Shown one piece after another: positions 33,422 to 37,201 of a stretch of 37,201 nt of DNA. The DNA comes from a virus (Duplodnaviria; Caudoviricetes). The position numbers and the translations under genes are program-made. The first letter of the stretch is position 1. Each line of letters begins with the position of its first letter. The notes beneath the pieces were generated by a model. It was not told where the DNA came from. It ran no database searches and saw only the letters and a program-made list of their open reading frames with translations. Location of the stretch: positions 1 to 37,201 of the IMG/VR virus record IMGVR_UViG_3300020045_008319, one strand, 5' to 3'.

Positions 33422-33435
33422 ATAATCCTCCTAAT

Positions 33436-33632
33436 GTTCTATATATAATACCGTTGCTTTTAATAGAAAGTGAAATAGTTTATTAATTTATTTTTGTTAA
33501 TTTCTTGTTCTTTTTATACTATATTATACACTATATTTTTAATAATTCCTATATTTTTAATAAAATATTTTTAGCGTCTTATCTGTATATACAGTATATA
33601 GTTATAGAGTTGGTTTTAAAAAAGAGGGTTAC
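33436..33632 (-). promoter_or_regulatory. AT-rich non-coding control region (late/early boundary, probable early promoter)
   Basis: Largest non-coding gap in the genome; very AT-rich; minus-strand TATAAT at 33528-33523; 12-bp palindrome CTGTATATACAG at 33583-33594. Confidence 0.5.
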
Positions 33633-33962
33633 TTAGGCTAAATTTGAAATGACTTTATGTGATTTTATGTGGCAATTTTGGCATAATAATATTAAATTAT
33701 TATAATCATTATTACCGCCAGAACATAGCGGTTTAATGTGATGTATCTGTAAATTTTCATCGTTACTACATTCGGCACATTTATAATTATATTTTTCTTT
33801 TATAAATTCTGTAATTAACAACCATTGTTTAGACGTTATGAAATCTCCTCTTCTTAATTTTAATCTATATTTTAAAGAACAATCCCAACTGCAATATTTT
33901 ACTGCTTTACTTTTTGGATTTAATTTTTTATTACACATTAAACAAAATTTATTTTTATTCAT
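33633..33962 (-). CDS. HNH endonuclease with N-terminal zinc finger
   Basis: CLMC…YCSWDC; CAEC…LQIHHIKP…GGNN…NLILLCQNCH…H. Confidence 0.9.
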   Translation of the reverse strand: MNKNKFCLMCNKKLNPKSKAVKYCSWDCSLKYRLKLRRGDFITSKQWLLITEFIKEKYNYKCAECSNDENLQIHHIKPLCSGGNNDYNNLILLCQNCHIKSHKVISNLA

Positions 33963-33965
33963 AAA

Positions 33966-34295
33966 TTATCGTCTGATTAAGCTTATTGTCGACCAATTTG
34001 AAGCGTTTGAAATGATAGAAATGTCCTTGATTTGGGTCTTAAAATTAGTAGAAATGATCGGGAAAACCATTCGGAAATTAGTCCTGTTACCCTCTATGGT
34101 TGTGTTGATATATGCGTTTGTTAGGATTAATTCAGTGTTAACTAGGTTCAAATTTTCATTCAAATTTTGGTTGACGTTCACATTCTGGACTATTTGTGTT
34201 TGATTGTTTTCTATTTTGATCCCAAAAATTGCCTGAAAAATATTGCCCGCTACAGAAACACCAAGCAAAATAAAAAGAACTAATTCCATTTTCAT
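33966..34295 (-). CDS. Membrane-anchored Asn-rich protein (possible spanin-like or surface protein)
   Basis: Start at MKMELVLF follows AAGGAG; N-terminal TM helix; Asn/Thr-rich remainder; lies downstream of the lysis genes. Confidence 0.55.
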   Translation of the reverse strand: MKMELVLFILLGVSVAGNIFQAIFGIKIENNQTQIVQNVNVNQNLNENLNLVNTELILTNAYINTTIEGNRTNFRMVFPIISTNFKTQIKDISIISNASNWSTISLIRR

Positions 34296-34780
34296 TCTCC
34301 TTTCTTCCACCAATCCCATAACACTCGGAAACCGTGATGAAGATCCTCGCCAAAAAATTTGAGTAGGCAAGAAGCCAATAAAGCGTGGGTCAGAATCATC
34401 ATGAAGAAAAAGAATATATTGCTCATGGAAAACAATGTTAGCAATATCATTTCCATCCCTAAAACGGCAAACATCAAAACCACATTAGGAAAATGTGCCG
34501 ACATAAAAATAAATGATGTAACTATAATTGCGTACTGTAACGGCATGAAGTTTCTTAAAATATGAAATAGAATTAGAATTACTAGCTGTTGAATTGCCGC
34601 GCTTATAGGGTATGTTATAAAAGCCGACTTCAAGAAGTCTTCTTCGGGCGGATCTAGTTTGTGGTCTCCTGGGGTTAATACAATAGGACCGCCGTAATAT
34701 TTGGAAATTTTCCAAAGGACTAAAAAAACTAATACGTCAAATATAGCAATGACAATAAAAGGAATCCATTTATAAAACAT
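34292..34780 (-). CDS. CPBP (CAAX protease/Abi)-like multi-pass membrane protein
   Basis: Several TM helices; FxxxH motif (IFMSAHFPN) and distal His (LTHALL); the EExxxR position reads QQ. Confidence 0.55.
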   Translation of the reverse strand: MFYKWIPFIVIAIFDVLVFLVLWKISKYYGGPIVLTPGDHKLDPPEEDFLKSAFITYPISAAIQQLVILILFHILRNFMPLQYAIIVTSFIFMSAHFPNVVLMFAVLGMEMILLTLFSMSNIFFFFMMILTHALLASCLLKFFGEDLHHGFRVLWDWWKKGE

Positions 34781-34916
34781 CTGTTTCCTCCACGAACAAA
34801 TCACTTAAACTATCAATAAAATTATGGCATTTTTCTTTGCATTCAATCGCTGTTTTCTTACATCGCCCATTTTTAAAAAATAAACAATGTTTTAAAATTT
34901 CTGTTCTGCTATCCAT
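34770..34916 (-). CDS. Small Cys-rich hypothetical protein (48 aa)
   Basis: MDSRTEILKHCLFFKNGRCKKTAIECKEKCHNF…; this internal ATG avoids overlap with the endolysin gene. Confidence 0.5.
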   Translation of the reverse strand: MDSRTEILKHCLFFKNGRCKKTAIECKEKCHNFIDSLSDLFVEETDVL

Positions 34917-34972
34917 AATATAAACGTTACCGCCCCCAATGTTATTACTACAATCAACAAACCTATAATCAT
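34892..34972 (-). CDS. Small hydrophobic peptide (26 aa), not in ORF track
   Basis: MIIGLLIVVITLGAVTFILWIAEQKF; ATGA overlap with the endolysin stop. Confidence 0.5.
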   Translation of the reverse strand: MIIGLLIVVITLGAVTFILWIAEQKF

Positions 34973-35502
34973 TTGTAAAACTCCGGAACAATCCATGAAG
35001 TTGATCTTTCAACCCGAATCCTTCCACGGTCATTTAGTTCATAACAGTCTTCGAATTTCCAATAATCCTTATGCCAGACAGTGAAACATCCGTGCGAACC
35101 ATCATTATCAGGCTTTCCGCTATTATCCCAATCCCCAGCCGATCTATGCAATCTTACTGCTATTATAATCTTTTTGCCATTATGATTAGGGTTCGATATT
35201 AACGACGGTAATGTAATCTGTTCTAAAGTTAATTGATCCCAGTTTTGCCAGAATTTTAAGTCCTTACAAAAGAACGCTGATTTATACTTTCCTTTATGCA
35301 TCCCTATAATATAATCATACGTTCCTTCTGCTAAAATACCGCCCTTATAACCTGCTGTAAAGTCAGTATTAACAAACGAAAGCTCTTCTTGGCATGACAG
35401 GCCATTATACATATATAGCTTTGAATCGAAAAGATCGCCATTATCAGCCTTCATTGCAAAAAGAGAATTCCCACCACGGACGACAACAATTTCCCTATTC
35501 AT
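34969..35502 (-). CDS. Putative endolysin with an L,D-transpeptidase (YkuD)-like His/Cys motif
   Basis: ILAEGTY…VRLHRSAG…GSHGCFTV; directly downstream of the holin-like genes. Confidence 0.6.
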   Translation of the reverse strand: MNREIVVVRGGNSLFAMKADNGDLFDSKLYMYNGLSCQEELSFVNTDFTAGYKGGILAEGTYDYIIGMHKGKYKSAFFCKDLKFWQNWDQLTLEQITLPSLISNPNHNGKKIIIAVRLHRSAGDWDNSGKPDNDGSHGCFTVWHKDYWKFEDCYELNDRGRIRVERSTSWIVPEFYK

Positions 35503-35735
35503 TATTTCTTTCCTATCTCTATCCCATTCCCACTATATTTTATATCCTCTAGCTCAATAGTTCCATTAATAAAGATATATAGAATAAACGGCACAATGAT
35601 CCCGGCTATACACGCCCAGGAGTCTGTTATTCGGCCTGAGGTAATATTATAAAAAATAAGTATTTCAATGATTAAAAAACCAATAAATTTCCTGCTGGTA
35701 TACTCAGTAATCTTTTGTAAAACCCATTCTTTCAT
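35502..35735 (-). CDS. Holin-like protein (2 TM)
   Basis: TSRKF motif followed by two hydrophobic segments; coupled to the putative endolysin. Confidence 0.65.
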   Translation of the reverse strand: MKEWVLQKITEYTSRKFIGFLIIEILIFYNITSGRITDSWACIAGIIVPFILYIFINGTIELEDIKYSGNGIEIGKK

Positions 35736-35743
35736 AAATACCC

Positions 35744-36067
35744 CTATTTAGAAAAAGACCTAATAACAGTAACAATAACCCCGCCAACAAGGAGAAATTT
35801 CCATAATACATCTAGCCATAGAGCCATTGATTTCCCTGTTTTTTCAGGACTAAGGTTTCTTATAGCAGTCCATATTGCATCATGTTCCGTCTTATGAATT
35901 GCAGACTCCGCGGATATGTTTCTCTTTATATCTAAGATTTCATTATTTAAGATCGTACTAAGATCCTGATATTCTTTAATCGTAACTCTTAATTCATCCA
36001 GTTTACCTATTACTGGTTTAATTATTTTATCTTCGATATATTCTAAATCGCTCAATTCTAAAGCCAT
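35744..36067 (-). CDS. Coiled-coil protein with C-terminal TM helix (holin/XhlA-like)
   Basis: Helical N-terminus, C-terminal LWLDVLWKFLLVGGVIVTVI; position in the lysis cassette. Confidence 0.55.
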   Translation of the reverse strand: MALELSDLEYIEDKIIKPVIGKLDELRVTIKEYQDLSTILNNEILDIKRNISAESAIHKTEHDAIWTAIRNLSPEKTGKSMALWLDVLWKFLLVGGVIVTVIRSFSK

Positions 36068-36348
36068 TATTTCACCTTCGCCTCATATTCTGTTTTCTTT
36101 ATTTTATATTCATCAACAATCGTATTCTTTATTTTAATATAGTTGTCCCAATTCAATAACAAATCATCTAAAAGTTTTTGAATTGTTTCTTGCCGATATT
36201 GGTCAAATTCTATTTTTAATTTAAGTTTTTCTGCAATTTGTTGTTTCAATATTGCTTCAGGGGATAAATCATTTATTATTATATAGTTTATTTCACCAGT
36301 TAAAGAATCATATTTGATTTCCACTGACATTTTATTCTCCTTTTTCAA
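36067..36348 (-). CDS. Hypothetical protein after the tail fibre (possible fibre assembly chaperone)
   Basis: Small helical protein directly after the fibre gene; the call rests on synteny only. Confidence 0.5.
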   Translation of the reverse strand: MKKENKMSVEIKYDSLTGEINYIIINDLSPEAILKQQIAEKLKLKIEFDQYRQETIQKLLDDLLLNWDNYIKIKNTIVDEYKIKKTEYEAKVK

Positions 36349-37201
36349 TCACTAAAACCGACCCAACGTCTAAACCATTCGCTGAAGTATTTTCAATTTT
36401 TACTTCTGTTATTGATGAAGTGGGGTTTGTATTATAAATAGAAGCTCTGTGAACAACTGGATTATAAGTAAGTTCTCTTCTAATACTCACGTTATTTATA
36501 ATACAAACATCATTAATTATATAAGATTCGAATTTTCCACCCATAGTGTACCCAGCGGTAATATAAGACAAAGAAGGATCATTGGTTTCACCAGCAGAAT
36601 ATCCTGTATTAAAAACTTGTTCATTTTCTGATCTATAATTTGTTAAAGTTTCATCTCCATTTTGAAAATAATATAAAGATCCTGTTTGTGCTCCAAGGAA
36701 TTGATATTTTCCTTTTATTGATTTTTGAGCTTGAATTGTAGTAGAAATCGAAGTTGCCGCTGAACTGTCAATAGCCGCATATCCTACAACTATATATAAT
36801 AACGGGATTAAATTAATTAAATTTCCACTCCCATTAATATAAAATCTTGCTAAAACTCTATTGTCATTATCATCATACCAACCGCCCTTTAATTCGTCCC
36901 TTGAAACAGTCCCAGCTTCAGAAGAAGTCAATACATCATAAATTCCATTACCTTGACTTGTAGCGTCAACATCTTCCCCGCCTGTACAAACTAAATAATA
37001 TAATGTACTATTTGCTTTTGAAGGTATTCCGCCAGCACCCCATGCAAACGTAACATCAGCAGATTCAAATATAGCCTCTGAAATAGGGTAAGTTATACTA
37101 GTATCAGCAGGATAAACATTGTTTTCAGTAGCAGGGGTTGATGGAGTTAAATAAGTATGTTCCTTATAAACAAGGAATTTTGTCCCTGCTTTTATTGTTG
37201 G
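36332..37201 (-). CDS. 3' part of putative tail fibre/receptor-binding protein (joined to 1..241 via circularity)
   Basis: The frame is open from 37201 through 36931 (…YPISEAIFESADVTFAWGAGG…YYLVCTG…). LKGGWYD…RVLA and C-terminal SITEVKI…GSVLVI are tail-fibre-like. Confidence 0.75.
   Translation of the reverse strand, partial: PTIKAGTKFLVYKEHTYLTPSTPATENNVYPADTSITYPISEAIFESADVTFAWGAGGIPSKANSTLYYLVCTGGEDVDATSQGNGIYDVLTSSEAGTVSRDELKGGWYDDNDNRVLARFYINGSGNLINLIPLLYIVVGYAAIDSSAATSISTTIQAQKSIKGKYQFLGAQTGSLYYFQNGDETLTNYRSENEQVFNTGYSAGETNDPSLSYITAGYTMGGKFESYIINDVCIINNVSIRRELTYNPVVHRASIYNTNPTSSITEVKIENTSANGLDVGSVLVIEKGE
37081..37201. repeat. Terminal direct repeat, copy 2 (identical to 1-121)
   Basis: Exact sequence identity with the first 121 bases. 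Confidence 0.97.

Noticed and set aside
33073-33435. Repeats as a CRISPR array
   Set aside because: There are only two identical copies, the spacing is about 130-170 nt, the intervening sequences are ORFs, and no cas genes are present.
33583-33594. 12-bp palindrome CTGTATATACAG as an operator
   Set aside because: It is a single copy in a TA-rich tract and I noticed no second site, so there is not enough support.
1236-36631. All plus-strand ORFs in the track (e.g. 24298..24720, 28907..29308, 31789..32094, 32776..33234)
   Set aside because: They are antisense shadows of well-supported minus-strand genes, are Phe/Ser/Ile/Leu-rich as expected for such shadows, and have no recognisable motifs.
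37081-37201. 121-bp terminal repeat as a biological DTR or attachment site
   Set aside because: It falls in the middle of a coding sequence that reads through the junction, as expected from an assembler overlap of a circular or circularly permuted genome.
1-37201. Alternative genetic code (stop-codon reassignment)
   Set aside because: TAA, TAG and TGA all end genes at sensible positions and the genes tile densely under the standard code. The single in-frame TAA at 1090-1088 is isolated.
1-37201. Diversity-generating retroelement, integrase, transposase, tRNA or rRNA genes
   Set aside because: I saw no reverse transcriptase motif, template/variable repeat pair, recombinase or DDE motif, or cloverleaf, and there is little non-coding space. 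A tRNAscan/HMM run was not possible.

Overview
The window appears to be a complete, circularly closed genome of an AT-rich tailed dsDNA phage with siphovirus-type tail genes. The unique length is 37,080 bp: bases 37081-37201 repeat bases 1-121 exactly, and one ORF reads through the junction. Every credible gene is on the minus strand and the genes tile tightly. In transcription order (high to low coordinates) the genome runs: (1) early small genes, a superinfection-immunity gene and a ribbon-helix-helix regulator; (2) SSB-like, NinB-like, C5 DNA methyltransferase and HNH-like genes; (3) replisome organizer and DnaB-like helicase; (4) pentapeptide-repeat, DUF1064 and M23 peptidase genes; (5) terminases; (6) a Mu-like head module; (7) a non-contractile tail module with a -1 frameshift chaperone; (8) lysis genes and an HNH nuclease. 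I found no integrase, transposase or CI-type repressor. The most striking feature is a translationally coupled nonulosonic-acid (sialic/legionaminic acid-type) gene cluster inside the packaging/head operon. It comprises a LegC-like aminotransferase just before terS and, between terL and the portal, an ATP-grasp ligase, NeuB, NeuC, a B12-dependent radical SAM enzyme, NeuA, an unknown protein and a CstII/Maf-like putative nonulosonate transferase. My inference is that the phage glycosylates its virion, or the host surface, with a tailored nonulosonic acid. Other notable signals are a nested alternative-frame ORF in the methyltransferase, a ParB/MTase deletion chimera, a two-hairpin kissing-loop leader before the replication initiator, and identical repeats spanning stop-SD-start junctions of the early genes. 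All calls come from motif recognition by eye; no searches were run.
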